Assembly (NCBI GenBank): GCA_964533725.1
Contig: CAZHMX010000001.1
Coordinates: forward strand, 1 to 63,336
Origin: an uncultured Alistipes sp.
GTDB lineage: Bacteria; Bacteroidota; Bacteroidia; Bacteroidales; Rikenellaceae
DNA length: 63,336 nucleotides
Direction: 5' to 3'
Shown: positions 30,550 to 39,949 of the stretch, in pieces
Layout of the letters: every line of letters begins with the position of its first letter
Position numbering within the stretch: the first letter of the stretch is position 1
Made by a program: the position numbers and the translations under genes
The notes under the pieces: model-generated
Database searches by the model: none
What the model saw: only the letters and a program-made list of their open reading frames with translations
What the model was told of the DNA's origin: nothing

Positions 30550-31374
30550 ATGAGAGACGATTCAGCGATAAACACGGCCCTTTATGCCGAGCCGGCGGAC
30601 GATCGGCTGACCGTTGCCGACGGGACGTCGGAGGTACGCCCGTATCGGGTCACCGACCCCGGGACGCTGACGGTCGAGGTCGGCCGCGACGCCTCCGTGG
30701 AGCTTGTGGTGCTTTACCGCACGCCGGGCTGCACGAAGTTGTCTGTCCGGTTGGCCGAAGGGGCGCAGCTGCGCATGGTCGAGTGCTTTTGCGCGGCGCG
30801 ACAGACGGACAGCGAGATCCGGCAGGCGGCCCGAAGCCTTTGCCGCAGTCAGGTGCTGCAACTGACGGATTGCGTGTGGCAGTGCCGCGTAGCGCTTGAG
30901 GGTGCCCGCGCCGAGAGCCATATCGACGGCCTCTTTCTGCTGGCCGGCGGGGAGCATTCGCGTTGCGATCTGCGGGTCGACCACTGTGCGGCCGACTGCA
31001 CGAGCCGTTCGCTCGTCAAGGGCGTGGCTACGGATCGGGCGCGGGGCGAATTCGCGGGGCTGGTCTATGTGGCGCAGGATGCGCAGCGCACCGACGCCCG
31101 GCAGAGCAGCCGCAATATCGTCCTGTCGCCCGAGGCACGGATCCACACCGAGCCGCAGCTGGAGATCTATGCCGACGACGTGAAGTGTTCGCACGGCGCG
31201 ACGGTGGGGCAGCTGGACGGCGAGCAGATCTATTACATGCGTCAGCGCGGCCTGGACGAGCGCGTGGCGCGGCGCCTGCAATTGGAGGGTTTTGCCTCGG
31301 AGGTGGCCTGTCCGGTGGAGTCCTTCCGCGAGGAGGCCGATCGGTCGGTAGCCCGTAAACTGGAACGGATTTAG
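30550..31374 (+). CDS. sufD: SufD (short form)
   Basis: PQLEIYADDVKCSHGATVG; operon position. Confidence 0.9.
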   Translation: MRDDSAINTALYAEPADDRLTVADGTSEVRPYRVTDPGTLTVEVGRDASVELVVLYRTPGCTKLSVRLAEGAQLRMVECFCAARQTDSEIRQAARSLCRSQVLQLTDCVWQCRVALEGARAESHIDGLFLLAGGEHSRCDLRVDHCAADCTSRSLVKGVATDRARGEFAGLVYVAQDAQRTDARQSSRNIVLSPEARIHTEPQLEIYADDVKCSHGATVGQLDGEQIYYMRQRGLDERVARRLQLEGFASEVACPVESFREEADRSVARKLERI

Positions 31375-31384
31375 CTTTTGCGAA

Positions 31385-32611
31385 ATGAAGCGACCATTTG
31401 ATATTCAGGCCGTTCGTGCCGATTTTCCGATCCTGGAACAAGAGGTTTACGGCCGTCCGCTCGTCTATCTCGACAGCGGCGCCACGGCACAGAAACCTCG
31501 CGCGGTGATCGAACGGACCAACGCCCTTTACTGCGCGCTGAACGCCAATGTCCACCGCGGGGTCCACTATCTTTCGGAGCAGATGACCGAGGTCTACGAG
31601 CAGGCGCGCGAACGGGTACGCCGATTTATCGGAGCCTCGTCACGCGAGGAGGTGATCTTTACGGCGGGCGCCACGGCGTCGCTCAATACGGTGGCCTATG
31701 CGTGGTGCGAGCGGTTCCTGAACTGCGGCGACAACATCGTCGTGAGCGAACTGGAACACCACTCCAATCTGGTGCCCTGGCAGTTGGCTGCAGGCCGCAA
31801 AGGGGCGTCGATCCGCAAACTGCCCATCGACGGGCAGGGCGCGTTGCAACTGGACCGGTTGGACGATCTGATCGACAGCCGCACCCGTCTGGTGGCCGTT
31901 ACGCAGGCCTCCAATACGCTGGGCACGCGTCCCGACCTTGAACGGATCATCCGCCGTGCGCATGACGCGGGGGCGGCCGTGGTGGTCGACGGTTGCCAGG
32001 GTGTGGTGCATGGCGGCGTGAATGTCAGCGAGCTGGGTTGCGATTTTTATGCCTTCTCGGGCCACAAACTTTACGGTCCTACGGGGATCGGCGTGTTGTA
32101 CGGCCGCCGCGAATGGCTCGAGGAGATGCCGCCGTTTTTGAGCGGTGGCGATATGGTCGACCGGGTTTCGTTCGAGCGGACGACCTTTGCGCCCCTGCCT
32201 CTGAAATTCGAGGCCGGCACGTCGAATTTCGTCGGCGCCGCGGGGCTGGGCGAGGCCATCGCGTGGTTAGAGCAGTTCGAGGCGGGCGATATCGAACGCC
32301 ACGAGGCCGATTTGCTGGCCTATGCCACCGAAAGACTTCAGGCGATCAAAGGGTTGCGCATCTACGGCACGACGCCCGGCAAATGCGCGATCCTGTCGTT
32401 CAATATCGCGGGCGCGCACCCTTACGACGTGGGGATGATCCTCGACAAGTTGGGCGTGGCGATCCGCACGGGACAGCACTGCGCCGAACCGGTGATGACG
32501 CATTATGGTGTCGACGGGATGTGCCGCGCGTCGCTGGCCCTCTACAACGAGCGACGCGAAATCGACCTCCTGGCGGCGGGTCTCGAGCGGGCGTCGAGAA
32601 TGCTTATATAA
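31385..32611 (+). CDS. sufS: Cysteine desulfurase
   Basis: YLDSGAT, EHHSN, SGHK (PLP lysine), RTGQHCA. Confidence 0.95.
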   Translation: MKRPFDIQAVRADFPILEQEVYGRPLVYLDSGATAQKPRAVIERTNALYCALNANVHRGVHYLSEQMTEVYEQARERVRRFIGASSREEVIFTAGATASLNTVAYAWCERFLNCGDNIVVSELEHHSNLVPWQLAAGRKGASIRKLPIDGQGALQLDRLDDLIDSRTRLVAVTQASNTLGTRPDLERIIRRAHDAGAAVVVDGCQGVVHGGVNVSELGCDFYAFSGHKLYGPTGIGVLYGRREWLEEMPPFLSGGDMVDRVSFERTTFAPLPLKFEAGTSNFVGAAGLGEAIAWLEQFEAGDIERHEADLLAYATERLQAIKGLRIYGTTPGKCAILSFNIAGAHPYDVGMILDKLGVAIRTGQHCAEPVMTHYGVDGMCRASLALYNERREIDLLAAGLERASRMLI

Positions 32612-32635
32612 CTGAAAACAAGGAGGAACCGAGAT

Positions 32636-33331
32636 ATGTTGATCGTTTTGGAAGGTTTGGACGGTGCAGGCAAGTCGACGCAGATCGAACGCCTTCGCGC
32701 CTGCTTCGAGGCCCGCGGGCTGAAGACCGAATACCTGCATTTTCCGCGCTTCGATGCGCCGGTATACGGCGATATGATCGCCCGTTTCCTGCGCGGTGAA
32801 CTGGGTGCGGTCGATGTGGTCAATCCCTATGTCGTTGCGTTGCTGTTTGCCGGCGACCGGGCCGATGCCGCCGCGACGATCCGCCGCTGGATGGAGCAGG
32901 GCAGGGTAGTGATCCTGGACCGCTACGTCTATTCCAATATCGCCTATCAATGTTCGAAACTGGTTGAGGTAGAGGAGATCAACGCGCTGAAAGAGTGGAT
33001 ATTGCAGACCGAGTACGAGCATTTCGCCATTCCGCGCCCCGATCTTTCGCTCTTTCTGGACGTTCCGATCGGCTTTGTGGAGCGCAAACTCCGCGAACAG
33101 CGTGCCGGCGACGACCGCGAATACCTGCACGGGGCGCAGGATATCCACGAAGCCTCCATCGAGCTGCAACGCCGTGTCCGCCGGACCTATTTGGATGCAG
33201 CGCTCGGGGACGAGACTTTACGCGTTGTGGATTGTGCTGATGCAAAGGGAGATATGGCTTCGCCCGATGAAATTTTTGCGCGGATTGCCGCCTGTGTGGC
33301 GCCGCTCATGGAAAACACGCCGGACCGATGA
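32636..33331 (+). CDS. tmk: Thymidylate kinase
   Basis: EGLDGAGKST, DRY motifs. Confidence 0.93.
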   Translation: MLIVLEGLDGAGKSTQIERLRACFEARGLKTEYLHFPRFDAPVYGDMIARFLRGELGAVDVVNPYVVALLFAGDRADAAATIRRWMEQGRVVILDRYVYSNIAYQCSKLVEVEEINALKEWILQTEYEHFAIPRPDLSLFLDVPIGFVERKLREQRAGDDREYLHGAQDIHEASIELQRRVRRTYLDAALGDETLRVVDCADAKGDMASPDEIFARIAACVAPLMENTPDR

Positions 33332-34449
33332 AACGCCGCGATTGGATCTCATGGGTCTGCCGCCTGCTGCTGGGCGCCACGTTCCTCTTCTCGGGCTTTG
33401 TCAAGTCGGTCGACCCGTGGGGTACGGCGCTGAAAATCAATGAATATCTGTCGATTTACGGTGTGGAATACCTGCGGCCCGCCTCGATGGCCTTTTCGAT
33501 CTGGCTCTGCGGTGCGGAGCTGATGATGGGTTTGATGCTGCTGTTTGGTGTCCGGACGCGTTTGGTGTCGATCTTCGCCTTCGGGTCGATGATCTTTTTT
33601 ACGGCGCTGACCCTCCTGAGTGCGACGTGGCTCCCCGTCGAGGATTGCGGGTGCTTTGGCGACGCTGTGCGGCTGACCCCCTGGCAGACCTTTTTCAAGA
33701 ACCTGATACTCTTGCCGTTGTCGGCTGTGCTGTGGTACCGCTGCCGCCGCGAAAAGATCTTTTCGTTCAACCGCGCGGAGGTGGTGCTGACCCTTTGTTT
33801 CTTCGTGATCTCGATGGGGCTGGGGACGTGGTGCTACCGCCATCTGCCGCTGCTGGATTTCCTGCCCTATAAAGAGGGGGTCGACCTGCGTTCGGCGTGG
33901 ATGTCTCCCGAGGAGGGGCTTTATGGCGAGGAGGTGCAGACGACACTGGTTTACAGAAACCGGCAGACGGGCGAACTGCACGAATTTACGCTCGACGATA
34001 CCGAGTGGCAGGATCCCGACCTGTGGGAGTGGGTCGAGACGCGCACCGGGAGCGAGGAGGAACTGTTGAAGCAGCCGATGATCGGCGAATTCGCCCTGCG
34101 TGCCGACGATGAGGATGTCACGGAGGCGGTCCTGAATCTCGACGGTCGGGTCTATCTGTTCTGTACGTCCGACCCGCGGCGAATCGGTCGCCGTTGTGCC
34201 GAACGGTTCGGGTTGTTGGCCGAACAGGCGGTGGCGGAAGGGGCGGAACTCTTCTGCCTGACTCCTGCAAGATTGACCGAAACGCAGACTTATGCGTTTG
34301 GAAACCAGGATGTTGAAATATTTAATATCGACGCCACGACGCTGAAAACCTTGTTGCGTGCCGACGCGGGGGTGGTCGTGCTGGAAGACGGCGTGATCCG
34401 GGCCAAGCGCAATTGCCGCGATATACCCTCGCTCCTCGAGGTCCGTTAG
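33328..34449 (+). CDS. DoxX/MauE-like membrane protein (BT_3928-like)
   Basis: FSGFVKSVDP, DCGCFGD, LDFLPY motifs; several TM segments. Confidence 0.8.
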   Translation: MKRRDWISWVCRLLLGATFLFSGFVKSVDPWGTALKINEYLSIYGVEYLRPASMAFSIWLCGAELMMGLMLLFGVRTRLVSIFAFGSMIFFTALTLLSATWLPVEDCGCFGDAVRLTPWQTFFKNLILLPLSAVLWYRCRREKIFSFNRAEVVLTLCFFVISMGLGTWCYRHLPLLDFLPYKEGVDLRSAWMSPEEGLYGEEVQTTLVYRNRQTGELHEFTLDDTEWQDPDLWEWVETRTGSEEELLKQPMIGEFALRADDEDVTEAVLNLDGRVYLFCTSDPRRIGRRCAERFGLLAEQAVAEGAELFCLTPARLTETQTYAFGNQDVEIFNIDATTLKTLLRADAGVVVLEDGVIRAKRNCRDIPSLLEVR

Positions 34450-34506
34450 CTGCGGCGCGCGTGGTACGAAAATTGAGTTGACGGTGGTAAAATCGTCAAC
34501 TTTTTT

Positions 34507-35547
34507 ATGCGTATTCTCTTCTGTTCTATTGTCCTGGCGGGGCTGGCGGCGTGTCGTGCGTCGATCGCTCCGCAAGTCCCCCTGCCGCGTCCCGTGAAGG
34601 TCACCGTTGCGGCCGACGCCTCGACTCTGGACCGCGATTTTGTCGGTCTGGCCACCCCGGACGATGCGGTGAACCTCTCGTTTCGGCTGGCGGGTCAGGT
34701 GGCGGCCATCCCCATCTCGCGCGGCGAATCGGTGCGTGCGGGGGCTTTGCTGGCCGAGCTGGATGCCCGTGAGATCCGTTCGCAGGTCGCGGCCGACCGC
34801 GCGGCTTACGAGCAGGCCAACTCGCAATTCGACCGCATGAAACGGCTGCTGGACCATCAGGCCATCTCGATGCAGGAGTACGAGTCGGCCCGCACGGCCT
34901 ATGCGCGCGCCCGCTCGACGTGGGAGAACAGCCGCAACCTGTTGGACGAGACCAAGATACGGGCGCCGTTTGCGGGCGTGATCGAGGCCACCTACGTCGA
35001 TACGTGGCAACAGGTCTCGGCCGGTCAGACGATCGTGCGCATCGTCAATCCGTTGACCTCCACCGTGCAATTCACCCTGCCCGAGAGCGCTTTGCGGCTG
35101 TTGGAACTTCCGTCGACCCGTTTCGAGGTGCGTTTCGACGCCTGGCCCGCGGAACATTTTGCGGCGCGGCTGAAGGATTATGCCCCCACGTCGTCCGACG
35201 CCTCGGGGTTTCCCGTGTCGCTGACGGTGGAGAATCCCGATCCGAAACGCTTCGCGCTGACTCCGGGCATGGCCTGCACGATTACGCTGATTGCGGCCGA
35301 TCCCGTGGCGGGTGCGGTGACCCTGCCGCTGACGGCGCTCTATGCTCCGGTTGCGGGCGACACGTCGGTCTGGGTGGTCCGCAACGGGCGGGTCGAGCGG
35401 CACGGGGTGCGGCTGGGTTCGCCGGTGGGGCGCGACCGGGTGGCTGTCGTGTCGGGTGTGCGTGCGGGCGATACGGTGGTGACGGCGGGCGTCTACAAAC
35501 TGGAGGAGGGCGAATATGTGCAACCTGTTGAAAACGAACAGCAATGA
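34507..35547 (+). CDS. RND efflux periplasmic adaptor
   Basis: Lipobox LAAC; lipoyl/hairpin motif IRAPFAG; adjacent to an RND permease. Confidence 0.9.
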   Translation: MRILFCSIVLAGLAACRASIAPQVPLPRPVKVTVAADASTLDRDFVGLATPDDAVNLSFRLAGQVAAIPISRGESVRAGALLAELDAREIRSQVAADRAAYEQANSQFDRMKRLLDHQAISMQEYESARTAYARARSTWENSRNLLDETKIRAPFAGVIEATYVDTWQQVSAGQTIVRIVNPLTSTVQFTLPESALRLLELPSTRFEVRFDAWPAEHFAARLKDYAPTSSDASGFPVSLTVENPDPKRFALTPGMACTITLIAADPVAGAVTLPLTALYAPVAGDTSVWVVRNGRVERHGVRLGSPVGRDRVAVVSGVRAGDTVVTAGVYKLEEGEYVQPVENEQQ

Positions 35548-38500
35548 ATCTACCTGCATGGACTTTCGGCCACCGCAAGGCGGCGGCCTTTCTGCTTCTG
35601 ATGCTGCTCGCGGGCGGCGCGATGGGGTTCCTTCGGATGGAGAAAAAGGAGGATGCGACGTTTATGATCAAGAGCGCCGTGCTCTTGTGCAGCTACCCGG
35701 GGGCCTCGCCTTTCGAGATCGAGAAACTGATCACCGAACCTATCGGCCGCGAGGTGCAGGCGATGCGGCGGCTGCACAAACTGATCTCGGAGTCATCGTG
35801 GGGCCGTTCGCGGGTGATGGTCGAACTGGATCCCGGGACGCCTGCGCGCGAGATTCCGCAGCTGTGGGACGAATTGCGGCGGCGTGTGACGGCTGTACAG
35901 ACGCAACTGCCCGCGGGGGCGTCGCCGATCGTCGTGGGGGACGATTTCGGCGATGTCTTCGGGATCTACTACGGCCTTTCGGCGGGTGAGGGGTTCTCGT
36001 GGAACGAACTGCGGAAGTGGGCGCAACAGATTCAGACGCAGCTGGTTCCGCTGGACGGCGTGCGTCGGGTGACGCTCTTCGGCGAACAGTCGCCCGTCGT
36101 GAATATCTACATCTCCCTGGCCACGCTGGCCGGTTTCTCGATTCGTCCCGAGACGATCGTGGCGACCATCGCCGAGCAGAACCGTGTGGTCGGCAGCGGC
36201 CTGAAACAGGCGGGCGAGCTGACGATCCGCATCGCCGAGGAGGGGACCTATCGCTCGGTCGAGGAGTTGTCCGACCAGCTGCTCTTCGCGCAGGACGGCA
36301 AACAGTACCGGTTGGGCGATCTGGCCCGCGTCGAACTGGAATACCAACGTCCGCCCGAGCGGCTGATGAGTGTCGACGGCCGGCCCGCCATCGGGATCGG
36401 CGTCGCCTCAGAACAGGGGGCCGATGTGGTGCGCACGGGGCGCGAGGTGGCGCGGGTGCTCTCGCGTTTAGAGGCACAGATGCCTGTGGGTGTGGAGCTT
36501 ACGTCGCTCTACCCCGAGGACCGGATCGCCCGCGAGGCCAACAATACCTTTCTGTGGAATCTGCTGCTGTCGGTGGTGATCGTGGTGGCGGTGATGGTGC
36601 TGTTCATGGGCGTACGGGCGGGTACGGTGATCGGCTCGTCGCTGCTGTTTGCGATCGGCGGCACGCTGCTGGTGATGTATTACGCGGGCGAGGGGCTGAA
36701 CCGCACCTCGTTGGCCGGTTTTATCATCGTGATGGGGATGCTGGTCGACAACGCCATCGTGGTGGTCGACAATGCGCGTCAGGGGCTGGCGCAGGGACTC
36801 CTGCCGCGTGAGGCCGTCAGCCGCGGGGCGATGCGGCCCGCGTGGAGTCTGGCGGGGGCGACGGTGATCGCCATTCTGTCGTTTTTGCCGCTCTATCTGG
36901 CCCCCTCGTCGGTGGCCGAGATCGTCAAACCGCTCTTCGTGGTGGTGGCCGTGTCGTTGCTGCTGAGCTGGCTGCTGGCCATGACGCAGACGCCGCTGTG
37001 GGGCGAACGGCTGTTGCGGAAACCGGCGACGCAGGCCGAATCAAGGGTCTATGCGCACGTGTTGGAGGCTGTGCTGCGCCACCGTTGGGCGACGTTGCTG
37101 ACGACCGTGGCGCTCTTTGCCGCGGCGCTCGTGGTGATGGGCCGGCTGCCGCAGAATTTCTTTCCGGAGATGGACAAACCCTATTTCCGCGCCGATGTGA
37201 TTCTGCCCGACGGCTACGATATCGGGGCTACGTCCAACCGTCTGGAGCGGATGGAGCGGTGGCTGCTCGACCGTCCGGAGGTCGTGCACGTCTCGACTAC
37301 GGCCGGAGGAACGCCGCCGCGCTACTATCTGGCCAGCGGAAGCGTGACGGGACGGCCCAATTTCGGCAACCTGCTGGTGGAACTGCACGACAAGGCGGAG
37401 ACCCGGTCCGTCGAGCAGGCCTTCGCGCAGTGGGTCGAGGCCTCGATGCCCGATGTGTGGTTGCGTTCGTCGCTCTTCAAACTCTCGCCCGTGCCCGATG
37501 CCGCCATCGAATTCGGGTTTATCGGTCCGCAGATCGACACGCTGGTGCGGCTGACCGGGACCGTGCAGCAGATGATGCGGCGCACGGGCCGCGCCACCAA
37601 CATCCGCAACAGCTGGGGCAACCGGATCCCCCTCTGGCAGCCCGTCTATTCGCAGATGCGGGGCCAGCGGATCGGCATCTCGCGCAGCCGTCTGGCCGCG
37701 GGGCTGACCATTGCGACCGAAGGGTATTCGTTGGGCGATTACCGCCTGGAGGACCGTGTGATTCCCATCCTGCTGAAGGACGAGCGGATCGACAGCTACA
37801 ACCTTCCCAACCTCCAAGCCCTGCCGCTCTTCTCGCCCCGCGAACGGGTCTATCCGCTGGCGCAGGCGGTCGATTCGTTCCGTTTCGACTATCGTATCGG
37901 GCGGATAGAACGCTTTAACCGCCAGCGTGTGATGAAGGCGCAGTGCGACCCGCAGCGCGGCGTGGAGACGGCCTCGCTGTTTGCGCAGCTGGCTTCGGAG
38001 GTGGCGGCAATCAAGTTGCCCGACGGCTATTCGATGCGCATTTTCGGCGAACAGGAGAGCCAGGCCGAGTCGAACCGTGCGCTGGCCGAGTATATGCCGC
38101 TGACGATGGTGCTTATTCTGTTAGTGCTGATCTTCTTGCAGGGGAACTACCGCGACCCGCTGTTGATCCTGCTGATGATCCCGACGGTGGTGATCGGTGT
38201 GGTCGCCGGATTAGCGTTGTCGGGACGGCCGTTTAACTTCTTCGCGCTGTTGGGATTGCTGGGATTGGCGGGTATGAATATCAAGAACACGGTGGTGCTG
38301 GTCGACCGGATCGGCGAACTGCGCCGTTCGGGCATGCCGGCACCGCAGGCGGTCCGCGAGGCGGCACGGGGACGTATGCTTCCTGTGGCGATGGCCTCCG
38401 TGACGACGATCCTGGGGATGCTGCCGCTGGCTTTCGACTCGCTCTTCGGGGCGATGGCGGCGACGATTATGGGCGGTTTGGTAGCCTCGACGCTGCTGAC

Positions 38501-38558
38501 GGTTCTGGTGCTGCCCGCCCTGTATGCTTTGTTCCACGCTATAAAATTCGACCGTTAA
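35544..38558 (+). CDS. RND efflux permease
   Basis: 1004 aa; YPGAS, GMLVDNAIVV, GMNIKN, TTILGMLPL. Confidence 0.93.
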   Translation: MNLPAWTFGHRKAAAFLLLMLLAGGAMGFLRMEKKEDATFMIKSAVLLCSYPGASPFEIEKLITEPIGREVQAMRRLHKLISESSWGRSRVMVELDPGTPAREIPQLWDELRRRVTAVQTQLPAGASPIVVGDDFGDVFGIYYGLSAGEGFSWNELRKWAQQIQTQLVPLDGVRRVTLFGEQSPVVNIYISLATLAGFSIRPETIVATIAEQNRVVGSGLKQAGELTIRIAEEGTYRSVEELSDQLLFAQDGKQYRLGDLARVELEYQRPPERLMSVDGRPAIGIGVASEQGADVVRTGREVARVLSRLEAQMPVGVELTSLYPEDRIAREANNTFLWNLLLSVVIVVAVMVLFMGVRAGTVIGSSLLFAIGGTLLVMYYAGEGLNRTSLAGFIIVMGMLVDNAIVVVDNARQGLAQGLLPREAVSRGAMRPAWSLAGATVIAILSFLPLYLAPSSVAEIVKPLFVVVAVSLLLSWLLAMTQTPLWGERLLRKPATQAESRVYAHVLEAVLRHRWATLLTTVALFAAALVVMGRLPQNFFPEMDKPYFRADVILPDGYDIGATSNRLERMERWLLDRPEVVHVSTTAGGTPPRYYLASGSVTGRPNFGNLLVELHDKAETRSVEQAFAQWVEASMPDVWLRSSLFKLSPVPDAAIEFGFIGPQIDTLVRLTGTVQQMMRRTGRATNIRNSWGNRIPLWQPVYSQMRGQRIGISRSRLAAGLTIATEGYSLGDYRLEDRVIPILLKDERIDSYNLPNLQALPLFSPRERVYPLAQAVDSFRFDYRIGRIERFNRQRVMKAQCDPQRGVETASLFAQLASEVAAIKLPDGYSMRIFGEQESQAESNRALAEYMPLTMVLILLVLIFLQGNYRDPLLILLMIPTVVIGVVAGLALSGRPFNFFALLGLLGLAGMNIKNTVVLVDRIGELRRSGMPAPQAVREAARGRMLPVAMASVTTILGMLPLAFDSLFGAMAATIMGGLVASTLLTVLVLPALYALFHAIKFDR

Positions 38559-38561
38559 ACG

Positions 38562-39803
38562 ATGAAACACCTTGTATTTTTGTGGGCTTTGCTCGTCGTC
38601 GCCCAGGCGCGCGGGCAGCTGACCGTCGACTCCTACCGTGCCGAGGTGTCGGCCTATAGTCACGAACTGAAAATAGCGGAGGAACAGGTGACCGAGGCCG
38701 CCGAACAGGAGCTGCGCACGCGTACCAACCGGCTGCCCGAACTCTCGGCCGCAGGGGTGTTCTCGGTGGCGATGCGGCAGCACGACGGGGTCAAACCGTG
38801 GTCCTTTTCGCTCGAGCCGGCCATCGTGCAGACGCTCTATGCAGGCGGGTCCTTGCGGGCCGATCGCCGGCGGGCGGCACTGGCTTACGGCGCGGCACTC
38901 GAACAGCAGACCTTTACGCGTTTCGATGTGCGTTATGCGGCCGATTATGCCTATCGGAATCTGGCGGCGATGCGCAGCTACGAGGTGGTGACGGCCGAAT
39001 ATGTCGGGTTGGTCGACTCGCTGAAGCGGGTGGTCGACCTGCGGTTTGCGGAGGGGTATACGGCACGGGGCGATGTGCTGATGATGGAGGCGCAGCTGGC
39101 CCAGGCGCGTTACGACCTGACGGTGGCGGGACAGCAGAGCGAGGTGGCGCTGCACAATTTCAATATCCTGCGCGGTCACGGCGGAGACGAAGGGGTGGTG
39201 CTGGCACAGTCGATCCTCGACAGTCCCGCCATGCCGCGGCGGGTGGCGCTGGGCGAGGTGCTGGCCCGCCGCAACGACTTAGAGGCCGCGCGGTTGCAGT
39301 CGCTCAGCGCCGAGGAGGCTGTCCGGCAGGCCCGCGCCCCCTTCCTTCCGCGGCTTGGGGTAGGGGTGAGCGGTCAGTGGCATCCGCATACGCCCAACCG
39401 CACGGGCCGTACGCTTGTGGACGGAGCCGTGGTGGCCGAGGTGTCGGTTCCGATCTTCCACTGGGGCGAACGTCGGCATGCGGTGTCGGCGGCGCGTGCG
39501 GCGGCCGTGCAGCAGGAACGGCGTGTGGAGCAGCTGCGCGACGAGATCATCCGGCAGGAGCTGAACGGCTGGACGGCGGTGGAGAAGAGCGTCGGGCGGA
39601 TGGTCGCGGTGCGCGAAAACCTGCGCATCGCCCGCGAAAACCTCGATTTGAGCGCCTATTCCTATGGCGAGGGGCTGGTGACGATCCTCGACGTGCTGCA
39701 GGCGCAGCTCAACTGGATTCAGCTGTATACTCATTTGATCGACGCCTACTATGCCTACGCCGTGGCCGTTGCGGACTACGAGCGCGTGGTGGCCGAGCCG
39801 TAG
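38562..39803 (+). CDS. TolC-family outer membrane channel
   Basis: Signal peptide; duplicated OEP pattern; PIFHWG; GLVTILDVLQAQ. Confidence 0.88.
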   Translation: MKHLVFLWALLVVAQARGQLTVDSYRAEVSAYSHELKIAEEQVTEAAEQELRTRTNRLPELSAAGVFSVAMRQHDGVKPWSFSLEPAIVQTLYAGGSLRADRRRAALAYGAALEQQTFTRFDVRYAADYAYRNLAAMRSYEVVTAEYVGLVDSLKRVVDLRFAEGYTARGDVLMMEAQLAQARYDLTVAGQQSEVALHNFNILRGHGGDEGVVLAQSILDSPAMPRRVALGEVLARRNDLEAARLQSLSAEEAVRQARAPFLPRLGVGVSGQWHPHTPNRTGRTLVDGAVVAEVSVPIFHWGERRHAVSAARAAAVQQERRVEQLRDEIIRQELNGWTAVEKSVGRMVAVRENLRIARENLDLSAYSYGEGLVTILDVLQAQLNWIQLYTHLIDAYYAYAVAVADYERVVAEP

Positions 39804-39949
39804 ATTTCTCGGTGCCGCGCGGGCCCGTCGGTCGTCGCGGCGAATAGTGCGGGCGCGGTATCCGGGAGGGGTGCGGCGCTCGATTTTTTTCTCCGTCGCT
39901 GTCGCAAAATCGATTTATTATGTTACCTTTGTGACATAATAGTACGATT